Shown: piece by piece, positions 15,690 through 23,834 of the stretch
Numbering within the stretch: position 1 is the stretch's first letter
Layout: each line of letters begins with the position of its first letter
Source: a virus
DNA: 53,317 bases
Reading direction: 5' to 3' (one strand)
IMG/VR virus record: IMGVR_UViG_3300029248_000010
Coordinates: 1 to 53,317 of that record
Notes under the pieces: generated by a model
The model's input: the letters and a program-made list of their open reading frames with translations, nothing else
Database searches by the model: none
What the model was told of the DNA's origin: nothing
Program-made: the position numbers and the translations under genes

Positions 15690-17126
15690 TCATGAGTTTT
15701 GAAAATTTTCCATGACGAAATCTATATAGTTTTTCTTGTCCTTCCAACACTGAAGGATCTCTTGATCAACGGTCTTACCCGAAGACATAGTTGCTACAAA
15801 GTGATAATAGATGCAAGGCTTTTCCTGACCAGGACGGTGAACACGAGCACGGGCTTGGTCATACTTACCTAAAGAATGATCAAGGGTATAGAAAATACAC
15901 AGATGAGCTCTTGTCAGGTCAATGCTCTCTGACCCTGCTGTATATTGTACCCCGAGGATACGGGTCTTGCCAGACTTCCAAGATTTTAAGGAGTCCTCTT
16001 TGCCAGATACCTCAGAATACCCACAGCTGAGCCTCTCGGCTACCTTGCGAATAGCATACAGGTCTTTTGAGAACTTTGCAAAAATGACCACGGGTTCAGA
16101 CTCAGGCAGACCCTTGAGGAACTGGTACAGATATGTACGCCGGTAGGTGCTTATTCGCTTCAGTTCTGTTGTGCCATCGTCGTGCTCTAAAGGTAAGTAT
16201 CCGCTCGTCACCTGCTGCTTACGGATGACCATGGACAGAGCATTATTTACGGTCATGTACCCTTCGTCCATCTCCAAAGCACCTTCTTTATCAAGTTCCT
16301 TATACAAGTACTCCAGTCCGGCGGGCATAGGTATCTTAATGACCATTCTGGTAGTTTTTGGTAGCTCAATCGTGGACTTCATATAGAATGCACAACTAAA
16401 CATCTTCTCCCTAAGATCATCAAGGTTTTTATAAGGCTGTTTCTTGTCCTTGATAGGGAAGCCAACTCTGGCACTAAGGTTGAGATCAATGTTCAGGTAC
16501 TTGTCACAAAAGGCAGCATAATTCGTACCATAGATAGACCGGTCAAGGAATCTATACTGTGCATAGACGTCCAAGGGGTTCTCTGCCAGAGGCGTACCTG
16601 TCAGTAGATAACGATGCGGAACAACCTTTCCGAGACGAGCAAGGAAACAGGAACACTTGCTTGACGGGGACTTGATACGGTGACTCTCATCACAGATGAC
16701 GCAGTCAATTCCCAACTTCTTATAGAACCAGACCTTGTCTACAGGTTTTTGCCAGATAGAGTCATAGTTACAGATAAAGATGGTGCAGCCCTCTCCGGGC
16801 TTTACGGGCTTAAAGGTCTTTAGCAAAGCTGCCTTTTCCTTGCCGGTCATGTTGTGCAGCTCATACACATGGTCAGGAGGGATATTGGAGTGGATCTGAA
16901 CCTGAGGCTTCCAGACGTCACAGGGCTTCTTAGGAGCCACTACCAGCACCCTCTTAAATCCTCTGTTTACTACAAGGTCAATCATGATCTTAGTCTTGCC
17001 GCTCCCCGGCTTGGTGTATAGGGCAGCTGCATCCCGAGGATACATATATTCAAGAGCCTTGAGCTGATGTGCCCAAGGCTTCGTCTTGAATATTAACTTA
17101 GACCCAGAACCAAGATTCACAACCAT
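15690..17126 (-). CDS. SNF2-family DEAD/H helicase
   Basis: 478 aa; KPGSGKTKIMIDL (Walker A), VICDESHRIKSP (DExH), LLTGTPLAENPLDVY, C-terminal helicase motifs HRPGQ. Confidence 0.9.
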   Translation of the reverse strand: MVVNLGSGSKLIFKTKPWAHQLKALEYMYPRDAAALYTKPGSGKTKIMIDLVVNRGFKRVLVVAPKKPCDVWKPQVQIHSNIPPDHVYELHNMTGKEKAALLKTFKPVKPGEGCTIFICNYDSIWQKPVDKVWFYKKLGIDCVICDESHRIKSPSSKCSCFLARLGKVVPHRYLLTGTPLAENPLDVYAQYRFLDRSIYGTNYAAFCDKYLNIDLNLSARVGFPIKDKKQPYKNLDDLREKMFSCAFYMKSTIELPKTTRMVIKIPMPAGLEYLYKELDKEGALEMDEGYMTVNNALSMVIRKQQVTSGYLPLEHDDGTTELKRISTYRRTYLYQFLKGLPESEPVVIFAKFSKDLYAIRKVAERLSCGYSEVSGKEDSLKSWKSGKTRILGVQYTAGSESIDLTRAHLCIFYTLDHSLGKYDQARARVHRPGQEKPCIYYHFVATMSSGKTVDQEILQCWKDKKNYIDFVMENFQNS

Positions 17127-17475
17127 TCTCCTCTTCTCTCTTGGTCACTACCCAAGGCTCTCCAGTCCAATATCCCTCTTTACAGAGGTGCTGCATTGTC
17201 CCTACCCAGTCTTTTAGGGCAGCCATGGAATAAAGGACTCCAATGGAGCAGCCCACGATAGCCCATTTACGGAGCTCAAGTTCCTGCTTTTTGCTGGTCA
17301 CATTCTTGTGGTCAGGGACTTTAAGCTCCAACTTAAATGCACGACCCAAGAAGCAACCATTGATGTCTGGTCTACCTGACTGCATGGCATTGCCAGACAC
17401 ATTCTCAGCCTTGCAACCGGGAATAGAATTGAGGTACTCCAGAGCTCTATACTGAAAGTTACTTTCCAAGCTCAT
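17098..17475 (-). CDS. VRR-NUC domain nuclease
   Basis: 125 aa; SGRPDINGCFLGRAFKLELKVP...KKQELELRKW matches G.PD...(E)xK VRR-NUC pattern; adjacent to SNF2 helicase as is common in phages. Confidence 0.8.
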   Translation of the reverse strand: MSLESNFQYRALEYLNSIPGCKAENVSGNAMQSGRPDINGCFLGRAFKLELKVPDHKNVTSKKQELELRKWAIVGCSIGVLYSMAALKDWVGTMQHLCKEGYWTGEPWVVTKREEENGCESWFWV

Positions 17476-17884
17476 AGAGTTCTCCTGTCAGCCCATTCCA
17501 GCCAAAGCCGATCCTATGTAACCAGTAAAGAGGATGCTGATCAGCAAACACAGCCTTATCATCAATGTACAGGTCTGCATAGACCTTACGGGTATCGTTC
17601 TGGAAAATTTCCTTGAGCTCAGGTAGATTCTCATTTACTGCATCAAACTCAAGACCATTGTCCTTGCACCAGTTTACAGCTCTGTCAAGAGCTCTGTCAG
17701 GAGTCTCATTGTCTCTGCTGGTCCAGAGGATGAGCTTGACCCCGGCCTTTTTAAGGGCTTTGCAATAGTTTACCATAGACCAAATAGGTTCACCTACGTT
17801 AGGGTAGGCATCCTTTACCAGTGTACCATCAAAGTCCACGGCTACAATCTTAGGCAGGGTATTCTTCCAGTTAGGTTCAGTCAT
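17459..17884 (-). CDS. HAD-superfamily phosphatase
   Basis: 141 aa from ATG 17884 (ATGA coupling to upstream stop); IVAVDFDGTLV (DxDGT), LILWTSRD. Confidence 0.65.
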   Translation of the reverse strand: MTEPNWKNTLPKIVAVDFDGTLVKDAYPNVGEPIWSMVNYCKALKKAGVKLILWTSRDNETPDRALDRAVNWCKDNGLEFDAVNENLPELKEIFQNDTRKVYADLYIDDKAVFADQHPLYWLHRIGFGWNGLTGELYELGK

Positions 17885-18252
17885 TTTCTCTTCAGCTCCC
17901 TTTCCATGTGGTCTGCCAGCCAAATTCTCACCCATCCTTGGTGGTCTACATGGCTGTCATTAAAAGACCTTGCAAGGTAAGGAAACATCTTTTTGTAACG
18001 ATTTACAATGAGCTCCTTAAGAAGCGCAAGGTCACTACTTTTTGTCATTTGTAGGTCTATATTAAAGTCAAACATAGCCCACTTAGATAGATACTCAGCC
18101 AGCTCAAAGCGCTCAATGTCCTTGACGGTCAAAAACTTGAGGTACAGTAGGGCGGGAGCATAGCAAAGATGCTCCCACCGCAGTTCATCCCTATCCTCAT
18201 TGAGGACTTTGACCATGACCTTAATAAGCTTCTCGTCTCTGGGTATTGCCAT
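17881..18252 (-). CDS. Hypothetical protein
   Basis: 123 aa, packed between hydroxymethylase and HAD genes with overlaps at both ends. Confidence 0.5.
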   Translation of the reverse strand: MAIPRDEKLIKVMVKVLNEDRDELRWEHLCYAPALLYLKFLTVKDIERFELAEYLSKWAMFDFNIDLQMTKSSDLALLKELIVNRYKKMFPYLARSFNDSHVDHQGWVRIWLADHMERELKRK

Positions 18253-18949
18253 AGGGATTCAGCTCCTCCATGTTGTGTTTTGCAGTCTCATAGTCCCTCT
18301 TATAGAGATGCAGAGAGCCTGCATAATGGGTGTAACTACCGACCTGAACTCCAAGCTGCATAGCTATCAACATCTGCAGGGCACAGAAGCTAAACATATC
18401 ATAAGGAACACCCATCCAGATGTCATTGGATCTCATGTGTACCATCATGTGAAGTTTGCCCTCACGGATCAGGAACTGGAGGTAGACCGTGCAAGGCAAA
18501 TCCTTGGTCTTGGAATTATCAGCGTCCTTGATGTGGATAACCGCCTGACGACTATCAGGGTCTTTACGGAGCAGATCGACCACATAAGTCCACTGATTAA
18601 AGCCGAACTTCTTACTGATGCGGTATCCATAGGCAGAGTTTGCATGGACCCCGTCATCAGAGAGCTCATTCCACTTAGGGGCGAACTGAGCAATGTCTGC
18701 TGTCTTGTTAGACCCAGACAGATACCACAGCAGCTCACCGACTGCGTAGCGCATAGGCAGCTTACGGTACTTGCTGGTTACGATGTTACGGGTAGGGTCT
18801 TCGACGCAAAATGCAGCATTGATGACTTCGCCGACCACTGCGCCATCACGAGAGCCATTCTCATAGCCATCATCAGCCTGTTTAACAAGCTCTACAAAGG
18901 CTTGCTGCCAGACATCATTTACGGTTTTGCCCTGATAGATAGAAATCAT
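18221..18949 (-). CDS. Pyrimidine (probably dCMP) hydroxymethylase, T4 gp42 / thymidylate synthase superfamily
   Basis: 242 aa. GELLWYLSG, NSAYGYR, DPDSRQAVIHI, DLPCTVYLQFLIREGKLHMMVHMRSNDIWMGVPYD and GSLHLY track the T4 gp42 motifs recalled from memory. Asp (PYD) sits at the TS Asn position. Confidence 0.8.
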   Translation of the reverse strand: MISIYQGKTVNDVWQQAFVELVKQADDGYENGSRDGAVVGEVINAAFCVEDPTRNIVTSKYRKLPMRYAVGELLWYLSGSNKTADIAQFAPKWNELSDDGVHANSAYGYRISKKFGFNQWTYVVDLLRKDPDSRQAVIHIKDADNSKTKDLPCTVYLQFLIREGKLHMMVHMRSNDIWMGVPYDMFSFCALQMLIAMQLGVQVGSYTHYAGSLHLYKRDYETAKHNMEELNPYGNTQRREAY

Positions 18950-19326
18950 CTGTAACCTCCTGTCGTCAAGTTCACCGGCAATTTGTTAGGAGGCCTGATC
19001 GGTTCATTGCAGGGCTTACAGCCGTCCTGTGCAAACATAGATTCCTTCAGCCCCTCACGAGCTGCTCTATGCTCAGTCAGCTCCATAATGGCATAGTTGG
19101 CAATGTCCATGAGGGTATCTTCAACAGTCTCATCAGAGACCTTGAGCACGTACTCAGGCTGGATGACAGTATCCAGACGGTTGAGCTTATCAAACAGGCG
19201 CATACAGACAAAGTTCGGGTAGCGTTTACGGAGCTGAGCAAAGCTATCCCCGTAGTCTGCATTCTTACGTTCGTACAGCTCATGCATCTCCTTGCAGAGC
19301 TGCTCGTGGATCTTAATCTTGTCCAT
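18946..19326 (-). CDS. DUF1599-like nucleotide-modification-associated protein
   Basis: 126 aa from ATG 19326 (RBS AAAGGAGG); YERKNADYGDSF...RLFDKLNRL motif; ATGA-type coupling to hydroxymethylase gene. Confidence 0.55.
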   Translation of the reverse strand: MDKIKIHEQLCKEMHELYERKNADYGDSFAQLRKRYPNFVCMRLFDKLNRLDTVIQPEYVLKVSDETVEDTLMDIANYAIMELTEHRAAREGLKESMFAQDGCKPCNEPIRPPNKLPVNLTTGGYR

Positions 19327-19327
19327 G

Positions 19328-20302
19328 TCAATCCTCCTTTTCCCACTCACGGGGCTTAATTTCAGTCAGTGGACCATCCTTAATAGCCCGTTTCATCAGC
19401 TTATAGTCATCCTTAGTAGGGGTTTCAAGGTTCTCTTTGCCTAAATGATCAGGCAGTAAACCCTCTCGCATAGGCATCAAGTTACAGATATTACAGGGGA
19501 AGAAAGTGCGCTTGTCGTGATACAAGATTCGGCGGGCAGCCTCAAACCGTTCGTGACGCCAGATATCATCAAAGGTCTGCACAGATTTATCCATACAGTT
19601 TATGATAGGAAGTTGTCCTCTAAAGTCCTGACAGCAAATGGATACCCAACCATCCCAACGGAAGACCATTTCCCGAAATATTCTGGTACAAGTTCGGTGT
19701 ACCATGGCTTTACTCGGTGGCATTCCTGCGCCACAATGATTCGTTAGCTTACGACTGACAGAAACTTCTGACAGATCAATGGCAGGATTGATGAGAAGCC
19801 GTTTTTTCTTAGGGGATTTACTTGCATATAGAGGTACACCCTTATTCATCTGTACAAATTCTACATGTACGCCGGTATCATCTTCATAGCCCTCGAGGAG
19901 TTTCTTTATGTCCTCGTGGTCAAAATGACTGTCTACGTATTCGTCCAAAGTCACGTCATTGATACCTGCATCAAACATTTTGCAGATGTTGGACAGATCT
20001 TTATTGATGGAATAACCATTTGTGAGTATCTGTATCCATGCCTTGGGCATCAGCTTTCTCATCAACTTGATGCATGAGTAGAATTGTGGATGTAAGGTAG
20101 GTTCGCCATGACCAGCAATAAGGATACGAGGGTTATATCCGCTCTCAGCAATAAGCTGACACTGTTTCTTAAGGACAGGTTTTGTGATATAATCAATTTT
20201 GTGTTTGAACCCGCTGGTCCCACAGAATTGACAACGACGGTTACAACCTTGGACAAGTTCAATCTGAACTGTGTTTGGCTTATAAAATGCTTTATTTCTC
20301 AA
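19328..20302 (-). CDS. Radical SAM enzyme with Cys-rich SPASM-like C-terminal region
   Basis: 324 aa; TTG start with RBS AAGGAGA; GCNRRCQFCG (CxxxCxxC); later HCGAG, CTRIF, ICCQDFRG, FPCNICN cysteines. Confidence 0.8.
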   Translation of the reverse strand: MRNKAFYKPNTVQIELVQGCNRRCQFCGTSGFKHKIDYITKPVLKKQCQLIAESGYNPRILIAGHGEPTLHPQFYSCIKLMRKLMPKAWIQILTNGYSINKDLSNICKMFDAGINDVTLDEYVDSHFDHEDIKKLLEGYEDDTGVHVEFVQMNKGVPLYASKSPKKKRLLINPAIDLSEVSVSRKLTNHCGAGMPPSKAMVHRTCTRIFREMVFRWDGWVSICCQDFRGQLPIINCMDKSVQTFDDIWRHERFEAARRILYHDKRTFFPCNICNLMPMREGLLPDHLGKENLETPTKDDYKLMKRAIKDGPLTEIKPREWEKED

Positions 20303-20323
20303 AGCTTATCTCCTTTATGTGAT

Positions 20324-20343
20324 GGGGGAGCTTGTGCTCCCCC
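20324..20343 (-). promoter_or_regulatory. GC-rich intercistronic stem-loop (no U tract)
   Basis: gggggagc-ttgt-gctccccc between SSB-like gene stop and radical SAM RBS. Confidence 0.35.
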
Positions 20344-20391
20344 TTAGAATGGTAAATACTGAGGTGGGAAGTCTTTTATGCAGACTGAAGT

Positions 20392-21069
20392 TCAGTCATC
20401 GTCTTCTTCCCAATCATCTTCGTCGTCCTTCTTGGACTTTTTGGAGGCCTTGGTTGCCTTTTTAACAGGGGCTTTCTTAGAGGACTTCTTGGACTTGGGA
20501 GCGGGTTCTTCTTCCTCCTCGTCGTCCTCATCCTCGTCCTCATCCTCATCATCCTCGTCGTCCTCTTCGGGCTCAGGCTGCTTCTTGGGCTTTTTCTTGG
20601 CTGCTACCTTTTTGGTGGGCTTGACCTCTTCCTCATCCTCATCGTCATCGATGTCATCATCATCGTCCTCATCGACTTCGTCCTCTTCGTCCAGTTCAGA
20701 GAGCTTGAGGTATTGAGAAATCTTGGCACGTTTCTGACCATTGTACTCGTCATGGATGACCTCGATGGCGCAAGCCTTGTTCAGCAGCTTGTCCAGATCG
20801 ATGGTGAGTTTACCGGTAGCCTTCATGCCAAGGGCTTCGAGGAGCATCTTGAGCTTCCAGAGAGCCTTTTCGCCGAGGGACAGGGTCTCAAAGACCTTGC
20901 ACCCCTTGCCGGAACCACCAGTGACCTCAAACTGCACCTTGAGGCCGTCATCGCCAGAGCCCTGAATGGTGCATTCCTCGATCTTAACGATCTTGGCGGG
21001 GAACTGACCCTCGGGGCAGCGGGTGAAGCTCTCAACACCGGTCATGTCGACTTTAAGTTTTCTGCTCAT
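20392..21069 (-). CDS. DUF669-like putative ssDNA-binding protein with long alternating acidic/basic tail
   Basis: 225 aa; globular about 115 aa N-domain next to Sak4-like ATPase; tail DEEDEVDEDDDDDIDDDEDEEEVKPTKKVAAKKKPKK...DDEDDWEEDDD. Confidence 0.5.
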   Translation of the reverse strand: MSRKLKVDMTGVESFTRCPEGQFPAKIVKIEECTIQGSGDDGLKVQFEVTGGSGKGCKVFETLSLGEKALWKLKMLLEALGMKATGKLTIDLDKLLNKACAIEVIHDEYNGQKRAKISQYLKLSELDEEDEVDEDDDDDIDDDEDEEEVKPTKKVAAKKKPKKQPEPEEDDEDDEDEDEDEDDEEEEEPAPKSKKSSKKAPVKKATKASKKSKKDDEDDWEEDDD

Positions 21070-21086
21070 TGTAATACCTCCAAAAT

Positions 21087-21818
21087 TTATTCACCCTGAC
21101 CGATGACTTCCATAAATTTGTCATAGGTCGGATTGATGATGCGTTTAGGGACTTTGATGCTGGGATCGACCTGGAGCTTAGTCCAGTAGTAGGGGTTCGG
21201 ACCGATGTCGGCTGCATACTTGACAACTTCCTTGGTCTCGTTGCCCTTGGTGACTTCCTTGATGATCTTGGTAGTATGGATACCATAGTTCGCCATACCC
21301 TCAAGATAGGTACGAGCGCCCTTAGAGACCGAAGGACGGATATCAGGTGTGATCTCATCCTCCATACCTTCGATAGTGTCCATACTCTCGTGGCAAGTTG
21401 CCACAACGATGTGCTTCTTGGCAAGACGCTGGAGTGCCTTAATCAGCTCCTCCTGCTCAGTCTTCAGGTCGCCCCAAAGCTGCTGAGTCATCTTCTTACC
21501 CTTGGTAGTTACCTTTTGCTGCACCCATTCGTTAACGACCATGGAGAAGGTATCAACGACAATGGTCGCGTACTTCTTGTCCTTCTTCAGCTCCTCACAG
21601 AGAGTCTTGAACTGCTCAATGTTCTCAATAGAGATAGCCTTAATACCCTCGACCCGGGCGATGGTATTGGAGCCATCGTCACCAATCTGGATGTACAGAA
21701 GGGGCTTAGGGAACGTGGATGCAACATAGGTCTTACCACTATTGGATTTGCCATACAATACCCAGAAATTACGCTGACCGAGCTCCTGGATATCGACGGC
21801 AGAATCAAGAATTCCCAT
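21087..21818 (-). CDS. Sak4-like RecA-fold ATPase (AAA_24 type), recombination/annealing module
   Basis: 243 aa; VLYGKSNSGKTYVA (Walker A), TIVVDTFS (Walker B). Confidence 0.75.
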   Translation of the reverse strand: MGILDSAVDIQELGQRNFWVLYGKSNSGKTYVASTFPKPLLYIQIGDDGSNTIARVEGIKAISIENIEQFKTLCEELKKDKKYATIVVDTFSMVVNEWVQQKVTTKGKKMTQQLWGDLKTEQEELIKALQRLAKKHIVVATCHESMDTIEGMEDEITPDIRPSVSKGARTYLEGMANYGIHTTKIIKEVTKGNETKEVVKYAADIGPNPYYWTKLQVDPSIKVPKRIINPTYDKFMEVIGQGE

Positions 21819-21822
21819 GTGG

Positions 21823-22776
21823 TTACTCCTTTTCTACAAAGTCTTTTGCTATGACGTACTCAGTGTCTCCACCAGTCATTTCTGCGTAGCAGATATCATG
21901 GTAGGAACACCAAGAACAGTTCTTGGTAACATTCCTGGTCTTGTTGTCTCTGCCAGACCGAATGATTTGCTGTGCTGTAAACAGATAGCCATCCCAAATG
22001 ATGTCGACCATCTTAGGGTCAATATCGAGCTCCACCTGGAAAAAGAACTCTGGGATGTTGTCTCTGTATCTCTCTCCTTTTTGAATTATCTCCGGGTCAA
22101 TGATGTCTCTGCGCTTGCAAGCTCGTTTCCAGCTCATAGGGGTGATCTTACTGGAGGAAGCCTCACTAAACCGCCCTGTCTTTTCAAGCCAGATAGGTTC
22201 AGCAGCTGGAGTGGACTTGATATAGTCCCATTTTACTCTATCAGGTAAAATACCCTTCAAAAATTGAACTGCTTTTGCATACAAGCACTTCTGTGTATTC
22301 ATGATGAGAATGTCCATTGATGGCTTATTGGAGAACGTCTTGTGCTCACCAACGGTAATGGACTTCACTCCATGGTGCTTGAGCAAATACAGCTCATCGA
22401 TCTTACCTACAAAGACGATCGGCTCACCTCTGTAGTTACCGACCTCAATCTCAAAGGGCTTCTCAGTGATCTGAGGCTGTCTTACACCCTTGTAGACCTT
22501 TCTGTAGTCCTTAAAGATATTGAACAGATCCTCAACATAATCCTCACCGAGGATACTCTGCTGAGAAGGTGGTAACTCATAGTAAGTGTCCTTGATGTCC
22601 CGTCTTGCCTCTTTAAGAGCTTCAGGGTCGTTGCGTAACTCTAACAGCTTGTGGAAGTCAGTGCCAAAGTACAGGGGTCTTTCTGGTGCTCTCTTCTCAA
22701 GTCGTCTGACGTAACGTAGCCAGTGCTGATAAGGGCAGTTAAGGTAAGTAACTTGCCTTGAGTAGCTGATGAATAT
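21823..22776 (-). CDS. Cas4/RecB-like PD-(D/E)xK exonuclease with four-Cys cluster; start codon unresolved
   Basis: Frame open from 22782. N-terminus NIFISYSRQVTYLNCPYQHWLRY, then GKIDELY, GEHKT, QKCLYAKA and C-terminal CSWCSYHDIC. No in-frame ATG/GTG/TTG before the TTG at 22386. RBS AGGAAAGGAG 11 nt before ATA 22776. Confidence 0.7.
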   Translation of the reverse strand: MFISYSRQVTYLNCPYQHWLRYVRRLEKRAPERPLYFGTDFHKLLELRNDPEALKEARRDIKDTYYELPPSQQSILGEDYVEDLFNIFKDYRKVYKGVRQPQITEKPFEIEVGNYRGEPIVFVGKIDELYLLKHHGVKSITVGEHKTFSNKPSMDILIMNTQKCLYAKAVQFLKGILPDRVKWDYIKSTPAAEPIWLEKTGRFSEASSSKITPMSWKRACKRRDIIDPEIIQKGERYRDNIPEFFFQVELDIDPKMVDIIWDGYLFTAQQIIRSGRDNKTRNVTKNCSWCSYHDICYAEMTGGDTEYVIAKDFVEKE

Positions 22777-23168
22777 GTTGTCTCACGCTCCTTTCCTGTA
22801 TTCTGCCTACCAGAATTGCACTGGAGCGTTGGAGGGAGAAGGAACCAACGAGCTGATGATTACGGCTTCAGCTTATATACGTGAGGAGATGTCTTGTTAC
22901 CCACACACAAGACAGTGTGATCAACCTTGGATACGTGTCAATTGATCTGGAGGCTTTTTCCTACGCGCTGCGTCTACTTCAGGTGTGCACACCGTCACGT
23001 CTTCACGCGCTCCTCTTTGGGTAGCTCTTGCTAAGCATCTGCTACCAGTTCATGCCTGACTCTGCATTTACACGGGCTTGTCACCGTTCAAGCAAGGTAC
23101 ACTTTTGAGTGGTGTACACCGAGTTACTCGCCAGTAAAGGCTTTCCCACCAGTCCTGAGCTGCATTAG

Positions 23169-23190
23169 GGAGGGGGCTATTGCCCCCGCC
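23169..23190 (-). promoter_or_regulatory. GC-rich stem-loop immediately after the stop of gene 23197-23652
   Basis: ggagggggc-tatt-gcccccgcc (one mismatch), no U tract on the - strand. Confidence 0.35.
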
Positions 23191-23196
23191 GCTGGT

Positions 23197-23652
23197 TTAC
23201 TCGTCGTCCTCGTCGACTTCCTCGAAGTCATCATCGTCGTCATCTTCGACCTTCTTGGACTTCTTGACGGGCTTCTTCGCAGGCTTCTTGGACTTCTTGA
23301 CGGGCTTGACTTCCTCATCCTCGTCCTCATCCTCATCCTCGTCTTCGACTTCCTCCGGCTCCGGCTTGACCTTCTTGGGAGCAGCCTTGGCAGCCTTCTT
23401 ACCCTTCTTCTTACTGACGGGGGCATGACCCTCGTAGCTGCCGTCGTCCTCCATGACGCTGTTGGCGAACTTCTCCTTGCCCTCTTCGACGTTGATCTGC
23501 TTGGCGGTCTTGCGGTCGAAGATCATCTCGTCGCCGTTCTTCTTGAGAACAGTGATGGTCTTCTTATCGGCCTTGGCGACCTCAGACACGCACAGCTTGA
23601 TACCGGTAAAACCCTTGACGATGACCTTATCGCCCTTCTTGAGATTCAGCAT
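23197..23652 (-). CDS. Hypothetical small beta-domain protein with alternating basic/acidic tail
   Basis: 151 aa from ATG 23652 (RBS AAGGAG, 9-nt spacer); tail KKKGKKAAKAAPKKVKPEPEEVEDEDEDEDEDEEVKPVKKSKKPAKKPVKKSKKVEDDDDDDFEEVDEDDE. Confidence 0.6.
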   Translation of the reverse strand: MLNLKKGDKVIVKGFTGIKLCVSEVAKADKKTITVLKKNGDEMIFDRKTAKQINVEEGKEKFANSVMEDDGSYEGHAPVSKKKGKKAAKAAPKKVKPEPEEVEDEDEDEDEDEEVKPVKKSKKPAKKPVKKSKKVEDDDDDDFEEVDEDDE

Positions 23653-23717
23653 TTTGTTACACTCCTTAAAAAAGATTTTATTGTGGAAGCGGCTCACCGC
23701 TCCTGCTTACATCATGA

Positions 23718-23746
23718 AGTATATATTATCCTCCTGGAAAAAGCAA
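23718..23746 (-). promoter_or_regulatory. Sigma-A-like promoter (TTGCTT-17-TATACT) on the - strand
   Basis: Reverse complement of aagcaa 23741-23746 and agtata 23718-23723. Confidence 0.55.
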
Positions 23747-23834
23747 GCATTATTTTTCAGGATTTTGGATTATTTTTGTTGAGATTCACAAGAATCCCTT
23801 GTCCAATCTTGGTTTTTCTACAGTTTTCGAAATT

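Noticed and set aside
18200-18955. 251-aa + strand ORF
   Set aside because: It is antisense to the hydroxymethylase gene, whose family motifs are unambiguous.
20378-20716. Ser-rich + strand ORF (and its twin at 23180-23428)
   Set aside because: It is the reverse-complement reading of the GAC/GAG/GAA-rich acidic tails. This is a compositional artefact.
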